Assembly (NCBI GenBank): GCA_036960805.1
Contig: JBALXL010000005.1
Span: 15,300 to 79,299 of the forward strand
From: Pseudomonadales bacterium
GTDB lineage: Bacteria > Pseudomonadota > Gammaproteobacteria > Pseudomonadales > IMCC2047
Length of the DNA: 64,000 nucleotides
Direction: 5' to 3'
Shown: one piece after another, positions 1 to 10,563 of the stretch
Position numbering within the stretch: the first letter of the stretch is position 1
How the letters are laid out: every line of letters begins with the position of its first letter
The notes under the pieces: generated by a model
What the model was told of the DNA's origin: nothing
The model's input: only the letters and a program-made list of their open reading frames with translations
Database searches by the model: none
Translations under genes and position numbers: made by a program

Positions 1-1383
1 AATAGTATCCAGCTTATCGGCGATGGAAACAGCGCAGCCGGTCAGTGTAGTGGGCAGTACATCACCAGAAAAGCGCGGTAAATACTGTTCGTAAATAGCC
101 TGTGCTACATCGGCTTCTTCACCATCATTACGCGCATAATCGGCGCCAATGGTACCTTGAAGGTCAGGGAACTCCTTAACCATGCTGGTAAGTAAGTCGG
201 CTTTGGATAACAGGCCAGCACGTTCAGCTTGGGCTGCATCAGAACCAATTAACGTAGCAATCTTGCCGGCCAGTTTGGAAATACGTTCAACTTTCTCGTA
301 AACGGTGCCTAGCTTAGACTGAAAAACTACTTTCTTAAGTAGCTCAAGGCGTGTTGCCAGTGCGGTTTCACGATCAGTATCATAGAAAAAAGCGGCATCA
401 GCTAAACGTGGACGAATCACACGCTCGTTACCGGATACGATTTGTGCAGGGTCTGTGCTTTCAATGTTACTAACAGTGATAAAACTGGGCAGCATCGTGC
501 CGTTGCTATCGGTAACGTGGAAATACTTCTGGTGCTCCTTCATGGAGGAGATCAGCGCTTGTTCAGGCAGACGCAGAAAGTCCTTATCGAACCCGCCAAG
601 CAAGGCTTGGGGCCATTCAACAAGCGCAGTTACTTCATCAAGTAACTCAGGGTCGATCACCGCAATGCCGTTATTATCAATGGCGATCTGCTTGACCTGT
701 TGGCGTACTAGCTCACGACGCTTTGAAAAGTCAGCCATAACGTGGCCGGTTTCATGCAAGGTGTTTTCGTAGGCCGATGGAGCGGTGATAGCAACAGCTT
801 CATTGTGGTGGAAGCGGTGGCCGTAACTGAATTGGCTGGATTTTTTGCCAAGAATTTCGCAATCAACAACCTGTTCGCCCATTAGCATAACCAACCAATG
901 AACCGGACGGATAAACTCAATACGTGAGCTGCCCCAGCGCATACGTTTAGGGATTGGCAGTTTGGATAGGGATTGTTGAACAATCGCCGGCAGTAGAACG
1001 GTGGTGTCTTTACCAGGAGTAACTGAACGGAAAGCCAGTTTTACACCCTTATCGGTATCCTGATGTTCTAGCTGATCAACGGTTGTGCCGCACTTGCGTG
1101 CAAAGCCTTCGGCAGCTTTGGTGGCATTGCCGTCGGCATCAAAAGCAGCCTTGACCGGTGGGCCAAACAATTCGGTCGCGATATCGTCCTGACGTTCCTG
1201 AAGGGCGGTGATCTGTACCGCCAAACGACGTGGTGCTGCAAAGACTTTGGTGGACTGATAGGCAATGTGCTCGGCCTGTAGACCGTCTTCGATGCCCTTT
1301 AAAAAGGCCGCAGCTAAACCGGTCAGCGCTTTGGGTGGTAGTTCTTCGGTGCCAAGTTCAACTAAAAAATCTTGAGTGCTCAT
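1..1383 (-). CDS. glyS: Glycine--tRNA ligase beta subunit, partial (C-terminus lies beyond the window start)
   Basis: The reverse strand from the ATG at 1383-1381 reads MSTQDFLVELGTEELPPKAL..., a typical GlyS N-terminus. It lies 3 nt downstream of the glyQ stop. The frame stays open to the window edge, so the ORF track does not list it. Confidence 0.9.
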   Translation of the reverse strand, partial: MSTQDFLVELGTEELPPKALTGLAAAFLKGIEDGLQAEHIAYQSTKVFAAPRRLAVQITALQERQDDIATELFGPPVKAAFDADGNATKAAEGFARKCGTTVDQLEHQDTDKGVKLAFRSVTPGKDTTVLLPAIVQQSLSKLPIPKRMRWGSSRIEFIRPVHWLVMLMGEQVVDCEILGKKSSQFSYGHRFHHNEAVAITAPSAYENTLHETGHVMADFSKRRELVRQQVKQIAIDNNGIAVIDPELLDEVTALVEWPQALLGGFDKDFLRLPEQALISSMKEHQKYFHVTDSNGTMLPSFITVSNIESTDPAQIVSGNERVIRPRLADAAFFYDTDRETALATRLELLKKVVFQSKLGTVYEKVERISKLAGKIATLIGSDAAQAERAGLLSKADLLTSMVKEFPDLQGTIGADYARNDGEEADVAQAIYEQYLPRFSGDVLPTTLTGCAVSIADKLDTI

Positions 1384-1386
1384 ATT

Positions 1387-2331
1387 CTATGCTTCTTCCT
1401 GTAAGTGAGCGCTTACATATTCGGCGCGAATTGCTTCATCTGCAAGGGGGAATCCTAACGCTTTACGGGCTTCGAAATAGGTTTCAGCAACGGCTCTGGC
1501 TAAACTGCGCACACGTAAAATAAAGCGCTGACGCTCCGTGACAGAGATTGCCTGACGGGCATCTAATAGGTTAAATGCGTGCGATGCCTTCAATACAAAT
1601 TCGTAAGCAGGCAGTGGCAAGTTAGCTTCGATAAGTTGCTGACATTCTTTTTCGCAATAATCAAAGTGTTCAAACAGCTTATCAACATTGGCATGTTTGA
1701 AGTTGTAGGTGGACATCTCTACTTCATTTTGGTGGAACACGTCACCATAGGTAACTGGGCCGTCCGGGCCTTCGGTCCAAACCAGATCGTAAATACTGTC
1801 AACACCCTGCAGATACATGGCGATACGTTCTAAACCATAGGTTATTTCGCCTGCAACAGGAAAACACTCTAATCCGCCAACCTGTTGAAAATAGGTGAAT
1901 TGGCTGACTTCCATACCGTTTAGCCAGACTTCCCAGCCTAGTCCCCAGGCCCCCAATGTTGGCGATTCCCAGTTATCTTCAACAAAACGAATATCGTGGA
2001 CACTGGTATCAATGCCGAGTTTTTCCAACGAGTTTAGGTACAATTCCTGAATGTTGTCAGGCGACGGCTTCAGCAAAGTCTGAAATTGGTAATAGTGTTG
2101 CAAGCGATTAGGGTTTTCACCATAGCGACCATCGGTAGGACGACGGCAAGGTTGTACGTACGCCGCACGCCAGTTTTCCGGCCCAATGGCGCGTAGGAAC
2201 GTGGCTGGATGAAAGGTGCCTGCGCCTACTTCCATGTCCAATGGTTGAAGTACGACACAACCTTGCTCTGCCCAATAGCTTTGCAGCGTATGGATTAAAC
2301 CCTGAAAAGTTAACACCTTATTTGTAGCCAA
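1387..2331 (-). CDS. glyQ: Glycine--tRNA ligase alpha subunit
   Basis: 314 aa. Strongly conserved GlyQ sequence ([19 protein letters not shown]..., [22 protein letters not shown]), immediately upstream of glyS. Confidence 0.97.
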   Translation of the reverse strand: MATNKVLTFQGLIHTLQSYWAEQGCVVLQPLDMEVGAGTFHPATFLRAIGPENWRAAYVQPCRRPTDGRYGENPNRLQHYYQFQTLLKPSPDNIQELYLNSLEKLGIDTSVHDIRFVEDNWESPTLGAWGLGWEVWLNGMEVSQFTYFQQVGGLECFPVAGEITYGLERIAMYLQGVDSIYDLVWTEGPDGPVTYGDVFHQNEVEMSTYNFKHANVDKLFEHFDYCEKECQQLIEANLPLPAYEFVLKASHAFNLLDARQAISVTERQRFILRVRSLARAVAETYFEARKALGFPLADEAIRAEYVSAHLQEEA

Positions 2332-2531
2332 AATCCCACCTGTATAATTACTTGCTAAAGGACCAATATGTCAGCCCGTGCGGCTCTGAAATTGAGCCCG
2401 CAGAAAACGCGTAAGTATACACTGGCAAAGAGTATTGCAAAAATTTTTAGGTTCAGTTGCTGGCTTAAATGAGGATTGGCTCGTCATAGGACGAACAAGG
2501 TACAATCGCGACACTTAAATTAAGAGAGACC

Positions 2532-3434
2532 TTGGCTTTGTCGGGTAAATTTAAAACAACTTTAATAAAACTAATGGCTCAGTTGATAGCATTACTGCCC
2601 CTAACAGTTATCCAGTTTTTGGGTGGTTTGATAGGCGCATGTTGCTGGTATAAAAAAACTGCCAGCGCGCGCATCACCATAAAAAACATCGAACTGTGTT
2701 TCCCGAGTTTATCCGCTGTAGAGCAGCAGGCCCTGGCTAAGCGCAGCGTGCAGGAAATGATGAAAACGGTATTGGAAGTTGGTAAAGCCTGGCTTGCACC
2801 GATGCCCGTTGTTTTAGCTTATAACCATAAAATCACCGAAGAACTTGATATCGATGCCGCACTGGCACGTGGGAAAGGCATCATCCTTGTTGCTCCGCAT
2901 CTGGGGAACTGGGAAATTCTTGGCCATTACTTGGCAAATCGCTTTGAGTTTAACGCGCTCTATCAGCCACCTAAAATAGCCGAATTAGATGAGTTTGTTC
3001 AAAAAGCCCGAGGCCGGGTGGGTACAAAATTACACCCGACGGATCGACGTGGGATTTTGGGATTATTCAAGGCACTACGTAATGGAGAGGTGGTGGGTGT
3101 TTTGCCGGATATGGAGCCGCCGGAGGAAGCCGGTGTCTACGCACCTTTTTTTGGCCTAGATGCACTATCAATGACATTGGTATCCAAACTGCTGCAAAAA
3201 ACCGATGCTATCGTGGTGTTTGCTTATGCGAAGCGGTTACCTGCTGGCAAAGGTTTTGAAGTGGTTATGAAACCTGCGCCCGATGATATTTATTCCGCAG
3301 ATATAGCGACGTCAGTGGCAGCCCTTAATCAGGGTGTTGAAGTCTGTGTTGAAGCTGCGGCTGAACAATATCAGTGGGAATACAAACGGTTTAAACATAA
3401 GCCCGGTGGTAAGACGCGCTTTTATAAGTTCTAA
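2532..3434 (+). CDS. LpxL/HtrB-family lipid A (lysophospholipid) acyltransferase
   Basis: 300 aa with an N-terminal TM segment and the APHLGNWE acyltransferase motif. Divergent from glyQ, as in many gammaproteobacteria. The start is uncertain: TTG at 2532 or ATG at 2574. Confidence 0.8.
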   Translation: MALSGKFKTTLIKLMAQLIALLPLTVIQFLGGLIGACCWYKKTASARITIKNIELCFPSLSAVEQQALAKRSVQEMMKTVLEVGKAWLAPMPVVLAYNHKITEELDIDAALARGKGIILVAPHLGNWEILGHYLANRFEFNALYQPPKIAELDEFVQKARGRVGTKLHPTDRRGILGLFKALRNGEVVGVLPDMEPPEEAGVYAPFFGLDALSMTLVSKLLQKTDAIVVFAYAKRLPAGKGFEVVMKPAPDDIYSADIATSVAALNQGVEVCVEAAAEQYQWEYKRFKHKPGGKTRFYKF

Positions 3435-3438
3435 GTTC

Positions 3439-4887
3439 TCAGCGGCGCCAGAACATGGGCGATAGAATCACGATAAAAGTAAACACTTCAAGGCGTCCCA
3501 GCAGCATAGACATGCTCAATACGCATTTCGCAGTATCATTGATACTGCTGTAATTAGCAGAAACGTCCCCCAAGCCCGGCCCCAGGTTGTTGAGGGTTGC
3601 CCCGACAGCCGACCAGGCTGTGACCTGATCTAACCCTGTGGCTAATAGCGCCAACAGCATAAAAACAAAGGCCAGAAGATATACTGAGAAAAATCCCCAG
3701 ATCGCTCCGACCACACGGTCAGGAACAGCTTGCTGCCCAAATTTAATGGTAAACACGCCGTTGGGGTGAATTAGACGTTTTACTTCCCGGATGCCCTGTT
3801 TAGATAGCAGCAGAATACGAATAACCTTCATACCGCCGCCGGTGGATCCTGCGCAACCGCCAACAAAAGCCGTTAAAAACAGCAGGAAGGGCAGCATGTT
3901 GGGCCAATGGGCAAAATCAGCCGTGGCAAAACCAGTGGTGGTGGCAATTGAAACCACTTCAAATATGCCTGCACGGAGCGCAGTAAGAGGCTCATAACCG
4001 TTGGTTACAACAAGCGTTGTGCAGGTGACGGCACTGATAATGACTAACAGGCTGATATAGAAACGAAATTCGGGGTCGGCAAGATAATGACGTACGCCAC
4101 GGCTTTGCCAGGCAACAAAGTGTAAGCCAAAGTTGGCTCCCGACAGAATCATAAAAAAGATGCCGATAGCTTCAATTAGAGGGCTGTCAAAATAGGCAAA
4201 ACTGGCGTCATGGGTTGAGAAGCCACCAATGGCTACCGTTGAGAAACTGTGAGCTAACGCATCAAAAAAGGTCATGCCAGCCGCCCAGTAGGCGAGCATG
4301 CAGAGCACGGTCAGGCTGGCGTAGATATACCAGAGCGCTTTGGCGGTTTCAGTAATGCGTGGCGTGAGTTTGGTGTCTTTAACAGGGCCGGGTGTTTCAG
4401 CGCGGTAGAGCTGCATGCCACCAATGCCGAGCATAGGGAGAATGGCTACGGCTAGCACGATGATACCCATGCCGCCCATCCACTGCAGTTGCTGGCGATA
4501 AAAGAGGATGGATTTTGGCAGCAAATCAATGCCGGTGATAACCGTTGCGCCAGTGGTGGTTAGGCCTGAAACAGATTCAAAGATCGAATCCACCATACTA
4601 AGCTGCAAGTCTTGGCTTAAATAGAAAGGTAATGCGCCAAACAGGCTTAATACGGTCCAGAACAAGGCCACCACAATAAAGCCATCGCGGGTGCGCAACT
4701 CATGGCGCACATGCTGTACGGGCAACCAAATAATCAAACCGCTGAAAAAAGTAATCGCCAGGGCTGATAAAAAGGCATGGATGGCGGCCTCTCCTAATGC
4801 CCATGAAATCAGCAGAGGGATTGCCATGGTCAAACTGAAGATCATCAACAGTATGCCAAGAATGCGCAAAATGACGGTAAAATGCAT
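3439..4887 (-). CDS. trkH: Trk-type K+ uptake protein TrkH
   Basis: 482 aa polytopic membrane protein with repeated TTTGF/GGxSTxGF-type selectivity motifs (SGLTTTGAT, IATTTGFAT). Adjacent to trkA. Confidence 0.9.
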   Translation of the reverse strand: MHFTVILRILGILLMIFSLTMAIPLLISWALGEAAIHAFLSALAITFFSGLIIWLPVQHVRHELRTRDGFIVVALFWTVLSLFGALPFYLSQDLQLSMVDSIFESVSGLTTTGATVITGIDLLPKSILFYRQQLQWMGGMGIIVLAVAILPMLGIGGMQLYRAETPGPVKDTKLTPRITETAKALWYIYASLTVLCMLAYWAAGMTFFDALAHSFSTVAIGGFSTHDASFAYFDSPLIEAIGIFFMILSGANFGLHFVAWQSRGVRHYLADPEFRFYISLLVIISAVTCTTLVVTNGYEPLTALRAGIFEVVSIATTTGFATADFAHWPNMLPFLLFLTAFVGGCAGSTGGGMKVIRILLLSKQGIREVKRLIHPNGVFTIKFGQQAVPDRVVGAIWGFFSVYLLAFVFMLLALLATGLDQVTAWSAVGATLNNLGPGLGDVSANYSSINDTAKCVLSMSMLLGRLEVFTFIVILSPMFWRR

Positions 4888-4947
4888 GAATTTGCAGTCT
4901 TATGTTATTAAAGTTGGCTTGTTAGTCGGTGCGCTTCGAAAGCTAAT

Positions 4948-6321
4948 CTAGAAGAAGCCAAGTCCAACCTGGAACAGGCGCTCTACTTCGCGAACTTTCT
5001 TTTTATCCGGTAAAAACAGGATGATATGGTCTTCGCTTTCGACGACCACGTCATCATGGGCAATGATGACTTGACCATCGCGCACAAGGGCGCCAATGGT
5101 GGTGCCCTTCGGAAGTGGAATGTTTTCCAAAGCCCGGCCGACCACCTTTGATGACTTCTGATCGCCACGCGCAATCACTTCAATGGCTTCTGCTGCGCCG
5201 TGGCGAAGCGAGTGTACGTTGACAATATCGCCCTGGCGCACGTGTCGTAATAAACGACCGACCGTGATTTGTTGCGGTGAAAAAGCGATATCAATTGAGC
5301 CGCCCTGCATCAGGTCTACATAGGCAGGGTTGTTGATCAGCGTCATTACTTTTCCGGCACCAAGGTTTTTTGCCATTAAGGAGGCCATGACGTTGACCTC
5401 GTCGTTATTGGTTAGGGCGCAAAACATATCCACTTTCTGAATATTTTCATCCAGCAATAACTCATCGTCAGAGGCATCACCCTGCAGCACGATGGTTTTA
5501 TCCAGCGATATTGAAAGCTGCTCACATCGTTCAGGGCTACGTTCCAGTAATTTGACCTGATAATCATTTTCCAGCTCACTGGCTAGGCGTTCACCAATAT
5601 TACCGCCACCAACGATCATGATCGATTTGTAATGTTTTTCCAGGCTACGCAGTTCGCTGATTACCTGGCGAATATCACGCTTAGCGGCAATGAAAAAGAC
5701 TTCGTCGCCTACTTCAATGACGGTCTTGCCTTCTGGAATGATGGAGCGGTTTTGGCGATAAATAGCGGCCACTCGGGTATCTACTGAAGGGATATGCTCG
5801 CGTAGTGTGGATAGCGCATGGCCTACCAATGGGCCACCTTCGACGGCCTTCACACCGACCAATTGCACTAGCCCGTCAGCGAAATTAACCACCTGCAGTG
5901 CGGTGGGGTGCTTAATAAGGCGATGGATATGGTTGGTGACTTCTCGGTGCGGGCTGATGATTTCATCAATGGGTATAGCTTTACGGTCAAATAATTTAGT
6001 GCGTTCCAGATACTCTTGTGAGCGCACACGGGCAATTTTATGAGGGGTATGAAACAGGGTATAGGCAACCTGACAGGCCATCATGTTGATTTCGTCACTG
6101 CTACTCAGCGCGATCAACAGGTCAGCATCGTTGGCTCCGGCATTTTCCAGCACATTGGGGTAGGAGGCGTTGCCGTGAACGGTACGAATATCCAGCCGGT
6201 CCTTTAAGGCGTCCAGCTTTTTAATGTCGTGATCGACAACGGTAATATCGTTGGCTTCACCGGCGAGAGTTTCCGCAACGCTTGTGCCGACTTGGCCGGC
6301 ACCTAGAATTATTATTTTCAT
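4948..6321 (-). CDS. trkA: Trk system K+ uptake protein TrkA (NAD-binding)
   Basis: MKIIILGAGQVGTSVAE Rossmann motif, with a second motif IMIVGGGNIGERLA. I moved the start to the internal ATG at 6321; the track ORF extends to 6354. Confidence 0.93.
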   Translation of the reverse strand: MKIIILGAGQVGTSVAETLAGEANDITVVDHDIKKLDALKDRLDIRTVHGNASYPNVLENAGANDADLLIALSSSDEINMMACQVAYTLFHTPHKIARVRSQEYLERTKLFDRKAIPIDEIISPHREVTNHIHRLIKHPTALQVVNFADGLVQLVGVKAVEGGPLVGHALSTLREHIPSVDTRVAAIYRQNRSIIPEGKTVIEVGDEVFFIAAKRDIRQVISELRSLEKHYKSIMIVGGGNIGERLASELENDYQVKLLERSPERCEQLSISLDKTIVLQGDASDDELLLDENIQKVDMFCALTNNDEVNVMASLMAKNLGAGKVMTLINNPAYVDLMQGGSIDIAFSPQQITVGRLLRHVRQGDIVNVHSLRHGAAEAIEVIARGDQKSSKVVGRALENIPLPKGTTIGALVRDGQVIIAHDDVVVESEDHIILFLPDKKKVREVERLFQVGLGFF

Positions 6322-6395
6322 TGGCTTAAAAGTTTTTGCCTGGCCAGAAAACAAAATTCCGGCTTATACAAAGGACTCGCTTTGTAGGTTTGTTG

Positions 6396-7703
6396 TTAGC
6401 GCTTTTGCAAACGTGCGTAATAAAAGCCGTCATGTCCCTGCTGTTGAGGAAATAACTGTCGGCCAAATGGCTGTTGAATACCCCAGTCAGCCTCGATACT
6501 AAGAATTTCAGCATCATTTTGTTGTCCCATAAAGCGAGCGATCACTTGCTCGTTCTCATCAGGTAACACGGAACAGGTTGCGTAGACGAGTATGCCACGG
6601 GGTTTAAGTAGAGACCAGAGAGCACTCAGTATCTCAAACTGCAGTTCTGCTAGTGCCGGAATATCATCATCACGGCGTAATAGTTTGATGTCTGGATGGC
6701 GACGGATGACACCGGTCGCTGAGCAGGGGGCATCCAGCAAAATACGGTCGTAACTTTGATTGTCCCACCACTGCTGTGGTTGGCTGGCATCACCCTCAAT
6801 TACTTTGGCGGTGAGTTGCAGACGCTCCAGGTTTTGGTGGATTTTTTTGGCGCGCTCGCTATCGAGTTCCAGTGCGGTGAGGCTGGCTAATGCGGGTTCT
6901 GTTTCCAGTAAATGGCACGTTTTTCCGCCAGGCGCAGCGCAGGCATCAAGAACATGTTGGCCGGGCGCAAGTTGTAGCAGTGTGGCGGCCAGTTGTGCGG
7001 CTTCATCCTGTACGCTGCTTTGGCCTTGATTAAAGCCGGGCAAGCTATCCACAGGTGCGGGCTTTTCTAGCGTAATAGCGGACGGGCTGAACTGACAGGG
7101 CGAGGCAGCAATACTGGCTGCTTCTACTTCTGCAAGATAGTCGGTACGGCTGTTGCGCAATTTGTTAACCCGTAACGTCATTGGCGCGCGTTCATTATTG
7201 GCGGCGCAAATATCTTGCCAATGTTCTGGCCAGCATTGTTTCAAGCGTTTGATTAGCCAGTAGGGGTGTGAGTACAGGTAATCGGTTTTTTTGTTCAGGT
7301 CGCCCAACATGGCATCTTTTTCACGCTGACTGCGACGCAAAATAGCGTTAATGAGGCCACTGGCGGAGGCTTTTTTCAGCTGTTTGCAGGCTTCTACAGT
7401 TTCACTGATGGCAGCATGAGCTGGGATGCGTGTAAATTCGAGCTGGTAGAGACCTAGCAATAATAAAATTTTCACATCTATATCTTTCGCTTTTAGCGGT
7501 TTATCCAGCAGCATATCAATTTGGGCATTTAAACGTTGATACCAACGGCACACGCCGAAACAGAGTTCCTGTAACAGGGCTTCATCCTGTACGGATAAAT
7601 CAGCACCCTGATAAGGAAATAAAGTAGCAAGAGAAAGCTGATTTTTGACGACGCGGCTTAATAGTTTGGTTGCGTGCGCTCGCAGATTGAGTTGTTTGCT
7701 CAC
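6396..7703 (-). CDS. rsmB: 16S rRNA (cytosine967-C5)-methyltransferase RsmB/Sun
   Basis: 435 aa with an NusB-like N-terminus and a SAM methyltransferase core (DACAAPGGKT, LDAPCSATGVIRRHPD). Sits in the canonical fmt-rsmB-trkA order. Confidence 0.93.
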   Translation of the reverse strand: MSKQLNLRAHATKLLSRVVKNQLSLATLFPYQGADLSVQDEALLQELCFGVCRWYQRLNAQIDMLLDKPLKAKDIDVKILLLLGLYQLEFTRIPAHAAISETVEACKQLKKASASGLINAILRRSQREKDAMLGDLNKKTDYLYSHPYWLIKRLKQCWPEHWQDICAANNERAPMTLRVNKLRNSRTDYLAEVEAASIAASPCQFSPSAITLEKPAPVDSLPGFNQGQSSVQDEAAQLAATLLQLAPGQHVLDACAAPGGKTCHLLETEPALASLTALELDSERAKKIHQNLERLQLTAKVIEGDASQPQQWWDNQSYDRILLDAPCSATGVIRRHPDIKLLRRDDDIPALAELQFEILSALWSLLKPRGILVYATCSVLPDENEQVIARFMGQQNDAEILSIEADWGIQQPFGRQLFPQQQGHDGFYYARLQKR

Positions 7704-8662
7704 GAGAAGGTTTTACCTACGGTGAAGACATCTTTTTTGGCGTTAAGTACGGCGCTGACGGGTAATGCTTTCGCGCCAGGTAACTGTACAACCTCGAGGC
7801 TTAAGCGGCCTTTGCCACAGGCGACCTCAATGCTATCAGCTGTGCAGTTAATAATAGTGCCGGCATCTTGGTTATGAGTTTTGCCATCAGCTTTGGCCTG
7901 CCAAATTCGCACACGGGTACCATCGAGTTCGCTATAGGCAACCGGCCAGCTATTGAAAGCGCGTACTAAGCGCTCAATTTCTTCGGCACTTTGTTGCCAG
8001 TTAACACAGGCCTGCGCTTTATCCAGCTTGTGCGCATAGTTAGCGTTTTTGTGATCTTGTACGGTGGCCTGTTCTTGCAAAGCCGGTAGGTTTTGCAGTG
8101 TTTCTAACAGGCAATCAGCGCCCAGTTGGGCCAGTCGATCATGCAAACTGCTGCCAGTATCATCGTCATTTATTGGACAGTCTTTTATTAACAGCATGTC
8201 GCCGGTATCAAGGCCAATATCCATTTGCATAATGGTAACGCCTGACTTTTCATCGCCTGCTAATACTGCGCGTTGAATAGGAGCAGCACCGCGCCAGCGT
8301 GGTAATAATGACGCATGTACATTAATACAGCCGAGTTTTGGTATAGCCAGTGCTTGTGGTGGCAATATCAGTCCGTAGGCAACAACGACCATAAGATCCG
8401 CGTTGAGCGCCTGCAGAATTTCTTGCTCAGCATTATCTTTTAGGCTCAGAGGCTGAAATACCGGAATATTATGTTGTTCCGCCAATTGCTTAACTGGGCC
8501 AGCAGTTAACTTACGGCCACGACCAGCAGGTCTGTCAGGTTGTGTGTAGACACCTACCACCTGATGGTGAGTGGTGAGTAGAGCTGCAAGGTTACTGGCG
8601 GCAAAATCAGGAGTGCCGGCAAAAACGATACGCAGCGGGCCGACGGATGAAGGTGACGCCAT
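7700..8662 (-). CDS. fmt: Methionyl-tRNA formyltransferase
   Basis: 320 aa with RIVFAGTPDFA, HASLLPRWRGAAPIQRA and the SLKD motif. Overlaps the rsmB start by 4 nt. Confidence 0.95.
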   Translation of the reverse strand: MASPSSVGPLRIVFAGTPDFAASNLAALLTTHHQVVGVYTQPDRPAGRGRKLTAGPVKQLAEQHNIPVFQPLSLKDNAEQEILQALNADLMVVVAYGLILPPQALAIPKLGCINVHASLLPRWRGAAPIQRAVLAGDEKSGVTIMQMDIGLDTGDMLLIKDCPINDDDTGSSLHDRLAQLGADCLLETLQNLPALQEQATVQDHKNANYAHKLDKAQACVNWQQSAEEIERLVRAFNSWPVAYSELDGTRVRIWQAKADGKTHNQDAGTIINCTADSIEVACGKGRLSLEVVQLPGAKALPVSAVLNAKKDVFTVGKTFS

Positions 8663-8744
8663 TAAATTATTTCTCTATTAATAAAGGAGCTTTACACTGA
8701 TGCTGGCGCAGGGATCAAAAACACCTGCGTGTGCAGATGTATTA

Positions 8745-9251
8745 TTAGGCACTTTGACGGTGCAGTTTTTCCAGTTTTTTACGAATGCGCTGACGCTTCA
8801 GTGGGGACAGATAGTCCACAAACAGTTTACCATCTAAATGATCAATTTCATGTTGGATACAGACTGCTAGCATGTCGTCATCTTCAAGTTCAAAAGCTTT
8901 ACCATTGAGATCAAGTGCACGTACCCTGATGTGGTCCGGGCGCTGCACCGTTTCGTAGAAGCCTGGAACTGATAAGCAGCCTTCGTCCATTTCTTCAAAA
9001 CCGTCACCAAGTATTTCAATTTCTGGATTGATAAATACCAACGGTTGATCTTTTTCTTCGGACACATCAATAACCACAATGCGTTTTTGTACGTTAACTT
9101 GAGTTGCTGCCAGGCCAATTCCGGGAGCATCGTACATGGTTTCGAGCATATCATCGGCAAGTTTACGAATGGAATCGTCCACTTCGTTAATAGGCAGCGC
9201 TTCTTTGCGCAGGCGGGGATCAGGAAATTCGAGAATAGTAAGTAACGCCAT
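8745..9251 (-). CDS. def: Peptide deformylase
   Basis: [15 protein letters not shown]..., [14 protein letters not shown] and HEIDH metal-binding motifs. I moved the start to the ATG at 9251; the track ORF extends to 9320. Confidence 0.95.
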   Translation of the reverse strand: MALLTILEFPDPRLRKEALPINEVDDSIRKLADDMLETMYDAPGIGLAATQVNVQKRIVVIDVSEEKDQPLVFINPEIEILGDGFEEMDEGCLSVPGFYETVQRPDHIRVRALDLNGKAFELEDDDMLAVCIQHEIDHLDGKLFVDYLSPLKRQRIRKKLEKLHRQSA

Positions 9252-9452
9252 AGGACAACAATTAAACTCCGGGGAAACGTGCTCAAGGACAATACTTTGC
9301 AGGCTGTTTAAACATTGCAAAATTAGTGTGATATAAAATCTTAGCTAAATACGGATTATAAAACTATATTTAGAGGCACATTGAAAAATTTGTTCTATTA
9401 TACAGATTATGTGTTCGCTATTTAACCACTAGTATTTGTAAGGATTCAAACC

Positions 9453-10502
9453 ATGAGGAAAGCGCTTTTTGGGCTGTTGAGTTTCATGTTGATCACTTTT
9501 TGTGTGCATGCCGCTCAACACGAGGATGAAAACCCATTACGACTTGATCATCCAGATAGATATGTTGTTGTTAAGGGCGACACTCTTTGGGATATCTCCG
9601 AGAGCTTTTTGCGCTCGCCCTGGTTATGGCCTGAAATTTGGCATGTAAACCCGCAAATTGCTAATCCGCACCTGATTTATCCAGGTGATGTTATTAGCCT
9701 GATTTATGTTGATGGCCAACCTCGTCTGACCTTAGAGCGTGGGCTTGGCAGCCGGACCGTAAAACTATCACCTGAAACACGTATTGAACCATTGGATACG
9801 GTTATCCCTGCAATTCCTCTGGATGCTATCAATCCGTTCCTGAAGCGTAGTCGTGTGACGGATCGTCAAACATTGGATCAAGCCGCCTATGTGCTTGCCG
9901 GACATGAAGGACGTATTGTGACTGGTGGCGGGGACCTTTTATATGCACGCGATGGCTCAGTTAATCAGTTGCAACAGTATTCTAGCTACGGTGTTTATCG
10001 TCCTGGGCAGATGTATGTGGACCCGGATACCGGTGAAGAGCTGGGTATCGAAGCGCTGGAAGTTGGTGTTGGTAAAGTAACGGCTAAAGATGCTGATGTT
10101 TCCACCGTACGTTTGTCTGTGGCTCGTGAAGAACTCCGTGCTAAAGATCGTTTGTTGCCAACGGAACAAACCAAGGTTACTCCAACCTTCTTTCCGAGTA
10201 GCCCTACCAATGAAGTGAAGGGTAAAATTATTGCTGTCCTCGGTGGCGTAAGCCAGGTGGGTATCTACGATGTGGTAGCTATTAACCTTGGCGCGCGGGA
10301 AAGTATCGAAGTCGGTAATGTGATGGCTGTTTACCATGATAACGGCAAGGCAATGGATCGTATTAAGAACGAGATAGTACAGTTGCCTCCTGAACGTGCG
10401 GGTATTTTGATGGTGTTCCGCGTGTTTGAAAAGATGAGCTACGGCCTGATTCTTAAAGCACAACGCCCATTAGCGATTAGGGATGAATTGAGAAACCCAT
10501 AA
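9453..10502 (+). CDS. LysM peptidoglycan-binding domain protein (secreted)
   Basis: 349 aa with a signal peptide and a LysM motif (YVVVKGDTLWDISESFL). Sits in the conserved def / LysM / dprA arrangement. Confidence 0.8.
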   Translation: MRKALFGLLSFMLITFCVHAAQHEDENPLRLDHPDRYVVVKGDTLWDISESFLRSPWLWPEIWHVNPQIANPHLIYPGDVISLIYVDGQPRLTLERGLGSRTVKLSPETRIEPLDTVIPAIPLDAINPFLKRSRVTDRQTLDQAAYVLAGHEGRIVTGGGDLLYARDGSVNQLQQYSSYGVYRPGQMYVDPDTGEELGIEALEVGVGKVTAKDADVSTVRLSVAREELRAKDRLLPTEQTKVTPTFFPSSPTNEVKGKIIAVLGGVSQVGIYDVVAINLGARESIEVGNVMAVYHDNGKAMDRIKNEIVQLPPERAGILMVFRVFEKMSYGLILKAQRPLAIRDELRNP

Positions 10503-10563
10503 ACGTACAGCGCAGTGTAAGTATAATAATAGCTGGCAGGATGCCGGTGATAATTAAGCAAGG

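Noticed and set aside
9957-10463. 168-aa antisense ORF within the LysM gene. Similar long shadow ORFs occur at 27702-28220, 45917-46384, 59409-59894, 19232-19786 and 43086-43529.
   Set aside because: All overlap strongly supported genes on the opposite strand or in another frame. None has a recognisable motif, and all show the biased composition expected of antisense frames.
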